A stretch of 64,000 nucleotides of DNA from Candidatus Lindowbacteria bacterium RIFCSPLOWO2_12_FULL_62_27 (GCA_001784175.1 MFPR01000030.1:62001-126000), one strand, 5' to 3'; positions 47,701 to 57,291 are shown, counted from the first letter of the stretch. Program-made: numbers and translations. The notes: a model not told the origin generated them from the letters alone.

Positions 47701-48552
47701 AAAGCCTATACGGTCGTCTGCGATTTGTCCCGGGCGGTTTCCTGTTTCGAGGAATTGCACGCCGTTTCAAAACGGACGCGGGACGTGCCGGGGATCGCCT
47801 ACGCGCTCGACGGGCTCGGCCAGTGCAACCGGAAGCTGGGACGGCTGGGTCTCGCTCTTCGACAGCACCGCGAATCGTTCCGGTTGCGGGAAAGCGCCGG
47901 CAACCGGCGTGCGCTCGCCTATTCGTGCCTGAACGAGTCCCTCACGTATCTGACGCTCGGCCTGCCGGTGCGCGCGCTTCCGCATCTTGAACGGGCCGAA
48001 CAGTTCTTGAAGGAGACAGACGAGGAAAATCTCGTGGGGGAATTGTGGCGATACCGCGGCATGGCCGCGCTCGAGTCGAACCAGCCGTATCGCGCCGCCA
48101 TCTGCCTCGAACGGGCACTGCGGATCGCCCAGTCGACGGGATTTCTGGAATCCGAAGTCAACACCCTCGCGCCGCTGGCCCGGGCGACATCGATTCTCGG
48201 CGATCAGGTGCGCGCCGCGGCGATTTGCGACCGGCTTAGCGACATGGCCCGGGCGGCAAGGATCGTGGACCATTGCGTGTGTGCCGATCTGATCGTCGGC
48301 GAAATCGCCGCGCGGCAGGGGGACACGCGCCTCGCGGAAGAGTCGCTGCGGGCGGCGGCCGAGGCCGCGGCCCGGCATGAATTCTGGCCGCTGTTTCTCG
48401 AGATTGCAGAGCGCTGGACGAAATGGTTTCCCGCGCTGCCGCAGCCGGACGGCCTGCCGCCGCTGGACGCGGTCCTCCGCCGGCTGAGCGACAGCCTTGA
48501 CGATTTCGACAGGAGAGCCTTCGAAGCCCGGATCAGAGTACTACTCGGTTAG
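44707..48552 (+). CDS. Soluble-adenylyl-cyclase-like protein: two class III cyclase domains, P-loop NTPase, TPR
   Basis: FSDISGFTALSE, RFGGDAL, VFGAP, YTVMGDTINTAAR, GDAGVGKST, FEDVHWLD, SEGNPFY, TPR repeats. Confidence 0.92.
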   Translation: MAETRVFSPFIPPHLLRELSAGRTALEGDRVLEGAFLFSDISGFTALSEKLSAAGAEGAERIAHEINRCFDPLLNLMDRHGGSVLRFGGDALLVYFPESDGLSCRHARAAASAVVRTVTTMKPVETPGGAVKLGVKVGLHRGRILGFVARLDNTRTEYVTLGAALNRLAECESAAERGQVVASADFRREIGAGNPQELDRLSRPARRLGSAPNITPAKLTGFLPAPIAARQTLLGEQAAWLAEMRRVTAMFINVDGLGRLADRAVAQIRSGDINAGRAIVRQMESYFAAVHAIAALHGGFFFSTDLYDHGDKVICVFGAPVSHERDEEHAVDAARDIAKLPEKMGMPIRQRIGLNSGQAFCGLIGNRQRRVYTVMGDTINTAARCMSAARWRRDGAEILTHENTLARTRGRYTGTRRAFAAKGKSKPVPVMSVRGERPSADMGVDSGLIGRDEERRRIESMFASGKGFILDLAGDAGVGKSTLLRFAAKLWQTEGGRVIAADCLPVGATAPFFPWRRALWNYFSFGDDPDPARVRRALGELGGLAPDDAALVAEMIGVEIGRRPPPLDPKQAVERRLAILRRIVERDPRALWVFEDVHWLDANSVDLLRRLAKDRAPCRVMVTHRPGQEIFDAGAPATSLGLKPFGLKESGELATRMLGARALRESTLESLHAKSEGNPFYLVELYRWILERGAESSIPDSISAVLQSRVDRLPDIDRETLRAAAVIGRGFFRDLLADVLPVRVTQEKLREILGRLETSDFVRLLGGNQYEFRHVLTQESVYESMTTDLRRRLHGQIARRLERRKQANHVLLAHHFDRAGVGPSAIEHLELAGRQAQKVYGNDDAIRCYSRAIDWLQKESAVRQRLRKLAEIFLRRADAHKAIGRFAQARADCMAAERIHLKTADMVSAALARDAAGVCLQREGRHREAHACSEQALRRLRRAGSPPEALARCLNSLTIANWYSGRTALAIEYGEESIRIRRRLKDPKQLSLGLFALGKAYTVVCDLSRAVSCFEELHAVSKRTRDVPGIAYALDGLGQCNRKLGRLGLALRQHRESFRLRESAGNRRALAYSCLNESLTYLTLGLPVRALPHLERAEQFLKETDEENLVGELWRYRGMAALESNQPYRAAICLERALRIAQSTGFLESEVNTLAPLARATSILGDQVRAAAICDRLSDMARAARIVDHCVCADLIVGEIAARQGDTRLAEESLRAAAEAAARHEFWPLFLEIAERWTKWFPALPQPDGLPPLDAVLRRLSDSLDDFDRRAFEARIRVLLG

Positions 48553-51054
48553 CGCAAACGCCTTCGCCATCCGCAACCGCACCGCCGGGCCGTAGTCGTA
48601 AAAGGCCCAGATTGACCGGCCCTTCACCGAGCGGATCTTCCATGCGGCCAGGACAATTTCTTCTTCGCCCAGCGCGACCGCGACACTCTCGTTTTCGGCG
48701 AAGGCTCCGCCGCCTTCCAGGATGCAGCCGCTGAAACTGAGTTCGGTCACGACTGCGTCAACGACTCCGGGCGCGCCGCCCGGCGTGCAGGAAACGAGGC
48801 GCGCCGCCACACGGCACAATTTTCGCCGGCCGGATCTGAAAGGCCGCAGATCCCAGCTTTCAGGGGCGGAGATCCGCCAGCCGTCGGCGTTTGATTTTTC
48901 CACCGCCAGCGGCGTTCTCGATACGGCCGCCTCCCGGCCGATCTCCAATTCCACTCGAACGCGGTCCGGCACGAGACGCGTTTCGGGCGCGGCGACGAGG
49001 ATGGCATCGCCGGTGATCTCCGCGACGGCCACCCGCCAGACGCGGCCGCCCGGCTCGCGCAACACGGAGGTTCGCAGGCGCGACCGGATGAGCTGCGAAT
49101 GGCGGACCGTTCGGGCGCGCCGGTGCGCATGAAAGGCGGGCTCCGGGGAAGCCCGCGGTTTCAACGCTACGTCGCGCGGGATTTCCCGCGAGACTTCCGC
49201 GAAGGACGGATGCGCCGGGAACCATCGGTCTGTCCATCCGCCCGGCCGCCGGCGGCCGATCCGGTAAATCCGCCCGCGAAATTTTCTCAAGAACGCGTCG
49301 AGCCCTATGAGGAGCGGCAAAAAAAGCGGCGACCGGTCGGCCTTGCTGTCGGCCACGACCGCGACCACGCCCACGTTTGATTCCAGCAGGCGCTCGACAT
49401 GCTCCACCGTCCTGCGCACGCTCTCCATATCCAGGGCGCCGGTCAAATAGAGCGCTGAAAAGTCCGGCAGGTTGTCCACCACCACCGTCTGCTTCTTCGC
49501 GCCGGCCGGGTCAGCGCCTCCGGCGACCCAAGTGCCGGCGTCTCTGACGCCGGCCGGCTCCCCCAACGCCGACAATGCCCGGCGCGCCTGTTCCACCGCC
49601 GCCGGCTCGAATCCTCCATCGACGGAGATCATCGACCGAAGGACATTTTTCGCCAGAGCGCTCCGCCCCGTTCGGGAGAGACACTGGGCCAGCAGAAAGC
49701 ATGCCGCCGCCGGCCCCTGTTTCCGGACCGAATCCTCGAAGCAGGTGATCGCCGGCTCGAACGCGTCGTTCCACCAGTGCCGCAGTCCCGCGAAATACGA
49801 TGCGAGCGCCGCCACCGGCCTCTGTTCCGCGCGCGTCGCCTGCCGGACCCGGGCGCCCAGTTGCCGGAGCGCCGGCGCTTCCACGTCGATCACTGTCAGG
49901 CCCTCGATCCTTCGAACGGGAAGAAACTTCATCATCTCTTTGCTTGCGTCAACGCAATGGTCCAAGTCCGGCTCCACATATCGCGGAAGCCCCTCCAAGC
50001 CGGCCGCGCCCTGCCAGACCAGCGGATGGCGGGCCGAGAACGATCGAAGCCCTCGCGATCGACGCCGACCTTCGACCAAAGACTCGCACGAATCGATCGA
50101 AGACCCAAGATCGCCGATGGACCCATCGCGCAATCGCAGCACGCGCGCGGCGTCGGCCAGCGCCATACGTGGCGAGATGGGAACGCGCCGGATGGGAAAC
50201 AGGGAGACGCGTGATCCGGAAAACGGACGCGCCCAACGCTGCGCCAGCTCTTCGTAGGCCGTGCAGGATTCGGCGATGCGCAGAGTCTCGTCCGAAAATG
50301 CCGCCGGGAAATCCATGGCGCGCATTTCGGCGGGCGTTTTCAAATAAAAACAGGTGGCGGTGTAGGCAAACGATTTCGGCTTCTTGTCGGCCGTCTTGAT
50401 GTACAGGTTGTGAATGAACCAGTCCCCGGAGGTCGCATAATGGCAGTCGTTCGTCAGCACCGGCCGAACGGCGAACCGCCGCGCATACGACAAAACGGCG
50501 CGGTTGATCGGCGCCTGCTCCGGAATCGGATGCCCGGCCACTTCCGAGCGGAAATCGGCGCCGAAGAGATCGTAAAGTTTTCGGTAGATCTCCTCGGCCC
50601 GCTCGTACCGGCCGCCCCGCACGGCGATGCCGACCGGCCCGCCCACGCACGCCGTCGTGCAGATCAGTCCCTCGCGGCAGCGCTCCAGGAGGTCCCACGT
50701 CACCACGGCATATCGCGGGGGCCGAAAGCCGCGCGTCCAGCTCTCGTTGTTGATTCGGATCAGATTTTGAAATCCTTTGAGATTCTTCGCCAGCAAAATC
50801 AGATGCGTCCGGTCCATCCGATCGATCGGCGCTTCGCCCTGCCGCGCGTCAAAGTATGCCTCGCAGCCGAACACCGGGCGCACGGGAAAGGACCGCGCGG
50901 CCAGATACAGCGGATAGACGGCGGTCAGGCACCCATGATCCGTCACCGCCTGGGCCGGAACCCCGGTCCGGGCCGCCCACGCGAGGGTCTGGGCGGGATC
51001 GAGGATGCAGTCGGAAATCGAGCCGTTCAGATGGCTGTGCAGATGGACAAACAC
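48541..51054 (-). CDS. DnaE-type PHP domain fused to TPR, STAS-like and PilZ-like domains
   Basis: FVHLHSH, AVTDHG, GCEAY, HLILLAKN, TNDCHY, YLKT..EM; remnant GLEGLPR; C-terminal RSGRR and ELSFSG. Confidence 0.75.
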   Translation of the reverse strand: MFVHLHSHLNGSISDCILDPAQTLAWAARTGVPAQAVTDHGCLTAVYPLYLAARSFPVRPVFGCEAYFDARQGEAPIDRMDRTHLILLAKNLKGFQNLIRINNESWTRGFRPPRYAVVTWDLLERCREGLICTTACVGGPVGIAVRGGRYERAEEIYRKLYDLFGADFRSEVAGHPIPEQAPINRAVLSYARRFAVRPVLTNDCHYATSGDWFIHNLYIKTADKKPKSFAYTATCFYLKTPAEMRAMDFPAAFSDETLRIAESCTAYEELAQRWARPFSGSRVSLFPIRRVPISPRMALADAARVLRLRDGSIGDLGSSIDSCESLVEGRRRSRGLRSFSARHPLVWQGAAGLEGLPRYVEPDLDHCVDASKEMMKFLPVRRIEGLTVIDVEAPALRQLGARVRQATRAEQRPVAALASYFAGLRHWWNDAFEPAITCFEDSVRKQGPAAACFLLAQCLSRTGRSALAKNVLRSMISVDGGFEPAAVEQARRALSALGEPAGVRDAGTWVAGGADPAGAKKQTVVVDNLPDFSALYLTGALDMESVRRTVEHVERLLESNVGVVAVVADSKADRSPLFLPLLIGLDAFLRKFRGRIYRIGRRRPGGWTDRWFPAHPSFAEVSREIPRDVALKPRASPEPAFHAHRRARTVRHSQLIRSRLRTSVLREPGGRVWRVAVAEITGDAILVAAPETRLVPDRVRVELEIGREAAVSRTPLAVEKSNADGWRISAPESWDLRPFRSGRRKLCRVAARLVSCTPGGAPGVVDAVVTELSFSGCILEGGGAFAENESVAVALGEEEIVLAAWKIRSVKGRSIWAFYDYGPAVRLRMAKAFALTE

Positions 51055-51098
51055 CGGGCCTCCTTTGTCTCCTGTCAGTCGACGGATCGTACCTCAAG

Positions 51099-51127
51099 TT
51101 GACATTTGCCGCCGCATTTTCTATTTT
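51099..51127 (+). promoter_or_regulatory. moxR operon promoter, probably leaderless
   Basis: TTGACA-17-TATTTT; ATG at 51136 with no SD. Confidence 0.55.
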
Positions 51128-51135
51128 CTTTCCCT

Positions 51136-52122
51136 ATGGTCGTCGATGTCAAAGGCGTCGAATCGAGAATTCGCGAAAAAGCGGCGGTCCTGCAGCGCCT
51201 GGTCGGCGAGATCGACAAGGTCATCGTCGGCCAGCGCATGCTCGTCGACCGGCTCCTCGTGGGGCTTCTGGCCGGCGGGCACGTGCTCGTCGAGGGGGTG
51301 CCGGGGCTGGCGAAGACGACGGCGATCAAGACGGTGGCGGCGGCGCTCAAGCTCGACTTCCGCCGGATTCAATTCACGCCCGACCTTCTCCCCGCCGACC
51401 TCATCGGGACGCTGATCTTCAATCCGAAGACCGGCGAGTACAGCACGCGCCGGGGGCCGGTCTTCGCCAACGTGATCCTCGCCGATGAAATCAACCGCGC
51501 GCCCGGCAAAGTCCAGTCGGCGCTCCTCGAGGCGATGCAGGAGAGGCAGGTCACGATCGGAACCGAAACATTTCCGTTGCCGGACCCCTTCATGGTGATG
51601 GCCACCCAGAATCCGATCGAACAGGAGGGCACCTACCCTCTGCCCGAGGCGCAGATCGACCGGTTCATGCTCAAGGTCAAGGTGACATATCCGTCGAAGG
51701 ACGAGGAGATGACCATCATGAATCGGCAGACGGAATTCCCGCCGGCACCGGTCGTGCCCGTTGTCACAGCCTCGGACCTCGCAGCCCTTCGCGAGCTGGC
51801 CGGAGAAATATACGTCGACGAGAAGGTCAAGCAATACATCCTCGACATCGTGTTCGCCACGCGGGATCCCAAATCCTTCAACTTGGATCTTGCGCCCCTC
51901 ATCTCATACGGCGCGAGTCCCCGGGCGACGATTTATCTGAACCTGGCCGCGCGCGCGCACGCCTTCATCGACGGGCGCGGATTTGTGACGCCGCACGACG
52001 TCAAGCGGATCGGGATGGACGTGCTCCGGCACCGGGTCATCGTCTCCTACGAGGCCGAGGCGGAAGGGATGGATTCCGAGGCGATACTGGGAAAAATATT
52101 CGACCACGTCCCGGTTCCCTGA
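51136..52122 (+). CDS. moxR: MoxR-family AAA+ ATPase
   Basis: EGVPGLAKT, RIQFTPDLLPAD, LADEINRA, ATQNPIEQEGTYPLPEAQ, GASPRA. Confidence 0.95.
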   Translation: MVVDVKGVESRIREKAAVLQRLVGEIDKVIVGQRMLVDRLLVGLLAGGHVLVEGVPGLAKTTAIKTVAAALKLDFRRIQFTPDLLPADLIGTLIFNPKTGEYSTRRGPVFANVILADEINRAPGKVQSALLEAMQERQVTIGTETFPLPDPFMVMATQNPIEQEGTYPLPEAQIDRFMLKVKVTYPSKDEEMTIMNRQTEFPPAPVVPVVTASDLAALRELAGEIYVDEKVKQYILDIVFATRDPKSFNLDLAPLISYGASPRATIYLNLAARAHAFIDGRGFVTPHDVKRIGMDVLRHRVIVSYEAEAEGMDSEAILGKIFDHVPVP

Positions 52123-53030
52123 TGCAGTCTCCGGGTGTTTCGGCGGAAGACCGCCAGAGAGACCTTCTTCGCAAGGTTCGCCGCATCCAGATCCGAACCG
52201 AACACCTTATCCGCGATCTTTTCGCGGGCCAATACACGAGCGCCTTCAAAGGCCGCGGCATCGCGTTTTCGGAGGTCCGCGAGTACATTCCCGGCGACGA
52301 CATCCGGATGATCGACTGGAACGTGACCGCACGGATGAACTCGCCCTATGTCAAACAATTCGTCGAAGAACGCGAGCTCACGCTGATTCTCCTCGTCGAC
52401 CTCAGCCGGTCCGGATGGTTCGGGTCGGGACACAGGAGCAAGCGGGACCTGGCGATCGAGATCGCTTCGATCCTCGCCTTCTCCGCCATCCAGAACAACG
52501 ACCGCGTGGGGCTCATCCTTTTCACCGACCGGATCGAATCGTATGTCCCGCCCCGCAAGGGATCGAGCCACGGGCTGCGCCTGATCCGGGACCTGCTGTT
52601 TTATGAGCCGGCCGGTTCGGGCACTCGGATCCGGGTGGCGCTCGATTTTCTGAATCTCGTTTCCCGCCGCCGGGCCGTCGTGTTTCTGATTTCGGATTTC
52701 CAATCGGCCGACCTCGAAATGGCGCTGCCGGTGACGTCCAAGCGGCACGATCTCGTTCCCGTGCGGATCATCGACCCTCTCGAGGAACGCTGGCCCCGGC
52801 TGGGCCTGGTGGAGCTGGAGGACCTCGAGACGGGGGAGCGGCTGGTGTGGGATTCCGGATCGCGAAAATCGGCGGAGGCGTTCGTCGCAGACTCGAAGAC
52901 GCAAGCGGACCGGCTGAAAAGGCTGTTCGCCTCTCTCAAGCTCGACACGCTGACGTTTCGGACCGACCAGTCCGTCGTGGAGCCGCTCCGGAAATTCTTC
53001 CTCATGCGGCGCAGGAGGCAGGCCCGGTGA
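52122..53030 (+). CDS. DUF58 family protein
   Basis: FSEVREYIPGDDIRMIDWNVTAR, EEREL, LISDF. Confidence 0.93.
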   Translation: MQSPGVSAEDRQRDLLRKVRRIQIRTEHLIRDLFAGQYTSAFKGRGIAFSEVREYIPGDDIRMIDWNVTARMNSPYVKQFVEERELTLILLVDLSRSGWFGSGHRSKRDLAIEIASILAFSAIQNNDRVGLILFTDRIESYVPPRKGSSHGLRLIRDLLFYEPAGSGTRIRVALDFLNLVSRRRAVVFLISDFQSADLEMALPVTSKRHDLVPVRIIDPLEERWPRLGLVELEDLETGERLVWDSGSRKSAEAFVADSKTQADRLKRLFASLKLDTLTFRTDQSVVEPLRKFFLMRRRRQAR

Positions 53031-54031
53031 CGGCGCGCGCGGTTCTCCTCCTGTTCATGGTGGCGATGTCCGCGCAGGCGGCGCAGTCGGCCGGACCTGC
53101 GTCGAAATCGATCCGGCGGGAATTCGGACCCGTCACGGCCATCGTGGAGGTTTCGTCCGACAAGATCACCATCGGTGACGTGATCGAATGCCGCTTCGTG
53201 GTGGAGGCCAAAGAGGGCGTCACCGTTCTGTCCATGCCGAACCTCCTGCAAAATCCGGGACAGTTCGCGGTGCTCGACTACTCGCCGGCACAGCCCACGC
53301 CAATTTCGGGTGGAGGATTTCGGCAGTCAAGCTGGTTCAAGCTCGATCCGACCCTTCCCGGCGAGTACGTCATTTCGCCTCAGGAAATCCGATTCGTCGA
53401 TCGCCGGCCGGGTCAGGACGGCGGAGAGCGGCGATTCGAGACGCCGGAAGTCCGCATTCTCGTGACGGGATTGGTGGATGGCAACGCCGAGTGGGAAAAA
53501 CTGAAAGACCTTCGCGGGCCGCGCCTTCGGCCGCTGCGGATTCCGTGGCTCTGGATATCGATTGGAATCGCCGCACTCGCGGCAGGCCTGCTCCTGTTCC
53601 GATTCAGACGCAAAAAACGCGCGATTGAACTTCCGAAACCGGCCCACCTCATCGCCGAGCTTGGGCTGGACCGGCTCATGCGAGAAAATCTGATCGATCG
53701 CGGCGAGATCGAAATCTTCGTCACGCGCCTGTCCGTCATCCTCCGGCAATATATTGAAAACCGTTTTCAACTGCGGGCGCCCCGTCAGTCCACAGAGGAG
53801 TTTTTTGAAGACCTCAAATCCTCGCCCGCATTGAGTCCGTCCGAAAAGCCGATGGTGATGAATTTCCTCCGACAAGCCGACCTCGTCAAATTCGCGGCGG
53901 AATGGATCGACCGGGAACGCGCGCTGGCGCTCCTCGATACGGTCCGTCAGTTCGTCCGCCTGACCCGGGCGCCGGAGGCAGTGGCGCCGGTTCGCGCCGG
54001 CGGCGGCCCCGACGCCGCCAAGGCCGCATGA
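53027..54031 (+). CDS. BatD/DUF4381-like membrane-anchored protein of the MoxR operon
   Basis: Signal peptide, Ig-like body, TM segment, then LRQYIE.RF..A..STEE and ADLVKFA. Confidence 0.8.
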   Translation: MTARAVLLLFMVAMSAQAAQSAGPASKSIRREFGPVTAIVEVSSDKITIGDVIECRFVVEAKEGVTVLSMPNLLQNPGQFAVLDYSPAQPTPISGGGFRQSSWFKLDPTLPGEYVISPQEIRFVDRRPGQDGGERRFETPEVRILVTGLVDGNAEWEKLKDLRGPRLRPLRIPWLWISIGIAALAAGLLLFRFRRKKRAIELPKPAHLIAELGLDRLMRENLIDRGEIEIFVTRLSVILRQYIENRFQLRAPRQSTEEFFEDLKSSPALSPSEKPMVMNFLRQADLVKFAAEWIDRERALALLDTVRQFVRLTRAPEAVAPVRAGGGPDAAKAA

Positions 54032-54046
54032 TCCTCCTCCAGAGAA

Positions 54047-55666
54047 TCAGAGGTCCCGGACAAATCCTCTCAAAGCCGCTGATTCCAGCGTTGCGCGGTT
54101 GTCGGAATAGACGGGAACATCCGCCGATTGGCGGATGGATTCGATCATCTCGTTTCTTCTCGCAAACCGGATGGCGCCGGGCGGATTCTGTTCGGCGGCT
54201 TTTTCCAGAATCTGATCGGGTGTCAGCCGGAGGGGCTGAAGCGCGCAGATGAAAATCACGTCGCCGATTCCGACATTCCAGATATGCATATACGGGAACA
54301 CGCCCGCCAGCGTCTTCAATACACCGTCGGTGTATCGTTCGTGGAGCAGATGCCCGGGCGCGTAGACGGCCGCAATCCCGTCCGGATGGAGATGGGCTTT
54401 CAGAGAAAGAAAGCTTTCGCGCGACAGAAGGGATGCCGTGGTGATGTCCGTCGGGTAGGAGGGTTCCATGGAGATGATGTCATATTTGCGGTCGGTCGTG
54501 CCGAGAAAGTGACGGGCCTCCTTGAAAATGTATCGGACGTTTTTGTTTTTGTCGATGTCGCGGAAAAAGAACTCCGTCACCGCCCGGTAGACGTTCGGGT
54601 CGATCTCAAGGCAGTCGACCTCCTTGACCAGGTTCGATGCGATTCGGACGGTGGTCCCGGTTCCGAGGCCGATGTTCAGAAACCGCAGGGGGCCGCCGGG
54701 ATTGGGGTGATAAAAATAGGGAAGATGCGCCAGCATGCTTTGCGTGGGGAAATCCTGGGCGAAGAGGCTGCTTTCATTTTTGCTGTTGATCTGGAGAAAC
54801 CGGATTTTGCCGTCCTCGAGAACTTTGACGATCCCGTATTTGTTTTCGTAGGATTTGAGAAGTCTGACGTCGCGTTCGATTTTACAAAACTGTTCGGGCG
54901 TCTGAAACCGTTTCTGGATGTAGATCGAAAATGGATAGACGGGAAATGACAGCCCGGCGCCGGCGCCGGCGAGCGAAACCAGAGCCAGTATCGAAAGGAG
55001 GGCGGCGGCCGAATGTTTTCTTGAAATAAAATACGCGGCGGACGGCACGCCCGGCAGAATTCCGCAGAGGAGCGCCGAATTCTTCAGCCCGAAGTATTCG
55101 ACGAAAACAAATCCGGTGAGAAGACACCCGGCGACGGCGCCCAGCGTGTTCAGCATGTAAAGCCGCGCCGTCACCGCGCCGGCCTGTTCGGCGTTCCGCA
55201 GAATCCGCTGGACCGCGATCGGAAAGACGGCGCCGGCGAAAAAGGACGGAACGAAGATCAGGACGAACACCGCCACGTACATCAGGCAAAAAGAAACTTC
55301 AAAAGAAACCGGCAGATGGAATTTCGCGAAAAACATCAGGTCGGACAGGTAGAGAAACGCAAAGCTGACCAGAATAGATGAGATCGAATACAAAAGAAGA
55401 TAAAGAAAAAAGACCGGGGGCGCCGCGGTCGGACTGCGTTTGCCGCCGTGGAAACTCCCGGCAAAAATGCCGCCCATCACCGACGCCAGCGTTACCGTGT
55501 AGGAATGGACCGAACTGCCCAGCGTCAGCGCCGTCATCCGGCCCCAGATGATTTCCAGGGAAAGCAGGGAAAATCCGGCGAGAAGATACCCGCCGAACAT
55601 CAAGACTTGCGCATTTTTCTCCACGCCCTGCCGGCCATCCGGCGGGCCGGCCGGAAAATCGGCCAT
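54047..55666 (-). CDS. Membrane spermidine-synthase-like protein
   Basis: TM region with LEIIWGR and YMLNTLGA; LNIGLGTGTT, LEID, DIISMEPS, YSDNR; TGATG coupling. Confidence 0.88.
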   Translation of the reverse strand: MADFPAGPPDGRQGVEKNAQVLMFGGYLLAGFSLLSLEIIWGRMTALTLGSSVHSYTVTLASVMGGIFAGSFHGGKRSPTAAPPVFFLYLLLYSISSILVSFAFLYLSDLMFFAKFHLPVSFEVSFCLMYVAVFVLIFVPSFFAGAVFPIAVQRILRNAEQAGAVTARLYMLNTLGAVAGCLLTGFVFVEYFGLKNSALLCGILPGVPSAAYFISRKHSAAALLSILALVSLAGAGAGLSFPVYPFSIYIQKRFQTPEQFCKIERDVRLLKSYENKYGIVKVLEDGKIRFLQINSKNESSLFAQDFPTQSMLAHLPYFYHPNPGGPLRFLNIGLGTGTTVRIASNLVKEVDCLEIDPNVYRAVTEFFFRDIDKNKNVRYIFKEARHFLGTTDRKYDIISMEPSYPTDITTASLLSRESFLSLKAHLHPDGIAAVYAPGHLLHERYTDGVLKTLAGVFPYMHIWNVGIGDVIFICALQPLRLTPDQILEKAAEQNPPGAIRFARRNEMIESIRQSADVPVYSDNRATLESAALRGFVRDL

Positions 55667-57288
55667 CAGCGAACCGGAACGCCGGCGGCGCCCATGTATT
55701 CGAGGACGGGACGGTCGGCCGTGTGAGCGGAGGCGGCGGCGTGCGATCCCATTTGGCGGATTTGAAATTCGTCCATGAGGACGTTCATCATTCCCGCGTG
55801 GCTCTTGTTGCCCGCTTTTTCGATGTCCTCGATGGCCTGCCTCCCGCCCCGCGCCAGGTGAGAGAGGCTTCCGAGGAAAACCGTCCAACCCGGCCCGACT
55901 TCATAGATTCTCGCGTAAGGGAAATTCCGCGAGAACGTCTTGATGACGACGGCTCTTTGCATTCCACCCAGCTCCGAAAATGAGACGCACTGGGCGAACA
56001 GCCCCCCCTCGCTCAATCTCGCGCCGATCAGCCGGTAAAAATCGTCCGTAAACAAAAATGCCGACGACGCGTCTCGATAGGGAGGGAGTGGCCGGGAAAG
56101 AACGACATCATAGGAGTCCGTCGTCACGCGGAGGAAATGTCCGGGGTCATCCGCAATGAGGCGGCCCTTGCCGATTTCGCCGAATCGGGGATAGAAAAGC
56201 TTCTCCACGACTTGCGCAAGCGCGGGGTGGTCGTCCACACAATCCACGTCCGATTCCGCCATCAGTGTCCGCATGGATGTCAGGGCGGTACCGGCGCCAA
56301 GCCCCAGCACCAGACACCGCCGGGCGCGCGGGTGGAGGACGACGGCGAGCATGGAGAGGGACTCGTCGATGAGTTGGCCGGGACCCAAAAAATCTCCGCG
56401 TATTTTGGCGCCCACGATCAATCTTTGGATCGCCGGCTCGTTTTCGGCGGGCTTGATCCAGTAAACCTGAATGGGCCCCGCGGCGTCGTTCTCCTCAAAA
56501 ATGAGCGTTGATTTTTGTCGCGCGGCGGCATAAGCCGCCTCGTTGGAATGGATATTCAGATTCGCGGCCGGCAGCCACCAGCCGCCAAAGGACAGGGCGC
56601 GTGTTCCGGGATAAATGAGAAATCCTCCCGCGAGCGCGAAGACCGCAAACAGGAGGGTGAACGATTTCATGGTCCTGGATCGTTCGGAAAGAAACAGGAG
56701 GCCGGCGCAAACAAAATCCAGCGCGGCGGCGGCAACGAGGGTCTTGCCAAGCCCGAGATTGGGAATGAGCAGGAACGCCGGCAACAGAGCGCCGATGGCG
56801 CCACCGGCCAACGTGACGGCAAGGATGCGGCCCACGGCGCTCGATGGGCTCTCCAGATTTTCCGCCGACGCCCGCCCCGCTGCGAAGATCGCGGCCCCCG
56901 TCGCCATCAGCGGGCCGGCCATGGACAACAATCCCAGAAAAAATGCGATTAACAACACAAGGCTTGGGTGATCCTTGACGGCATAATACGCGGGCGCGTA
57001 AAGAGCCGCGATGAAACCGAGAATGAAATTCGAAATGAGCCCGAGGACCCCGGCCAAAATCGCGCTGATAAACAATATCCGCTCCGCGCTCTGCGGCGCA
57101 CGCCCGCCGATCCATCCGCCCACACTGAAACAGATCAGCACGGCCGCCCAAAGAACGCTCTCGGTATAAACGCCCTCGCCGAAAACAAGCGCAAGCGTTC
57201 GCTGGAAGGCGCACACGTAGATCGCGCCGGCGCACCCGCAGAACGCCGCCGAGACAGTGATGGGCCAACCGCGTTTGCCGGCGTCCAC
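55666..57288 (-). CDS. Membrane spermidine-synthase-like protein, degenerate paralog
   Basis: TM region; LVLGLGAGTA, YDVVLS, FLFTDDFY, HTADRPVLEY. Confidence 0.82.
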   Translation of the reverse strand: MDAGKRGWPITVSAAFCGCAGAIYVCAFQRTLALVFGEGVYTESVLWAAVLICFSVGGWIGGRAPQSAERILFISAILAGVLGLISNFILGFIAALYAPAYYAVKDHPSLVLLIAFFLGLLSMAGPLMATGAAIFAAGRASAENLESPSSAVGRILAVTLAGGAIGALLPAFLLIPNLGLGKTLVAAAALDFVCAGLLFLSERSRTMKSFTLLFAVFALAGGFLIYPGTRALSFGGWWLPAANLNIHSNEAAYAAARQKSTLIFEENDAAGPIQVYWIKPAENEPAIQRLIVGAKIRGDFLGPGQLIDESLSMLAVVLHPRARRCLVLGLGAGTALTSMRTLMAESDVDCVDDHPALAQVVEKLFYPRFGEIGKGRLIADDPGHFLRVTTDSYDVVLSRPLPPYRDASSAFLFTDDFYRLIGARLSEGGLFAQCVSFSELGGMQRAVVIKTFSRNFPYARIYEVGPGWTVFLGSLSHLARGGRQAIEDIEKAGNKSHAGMMNVLMDEFQIRQMGSHAAASAHTADRPVLEYMGAAGVPVR

Positions 57289-57291
57289 GTC

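Noticed and set aside
48541-51054. Functional DNA polymerase III alpha (dnaE)
   Set aside because: The catalytic palm aspartate motif, fingers and OB domains are absent and replaced by unrelated domains.
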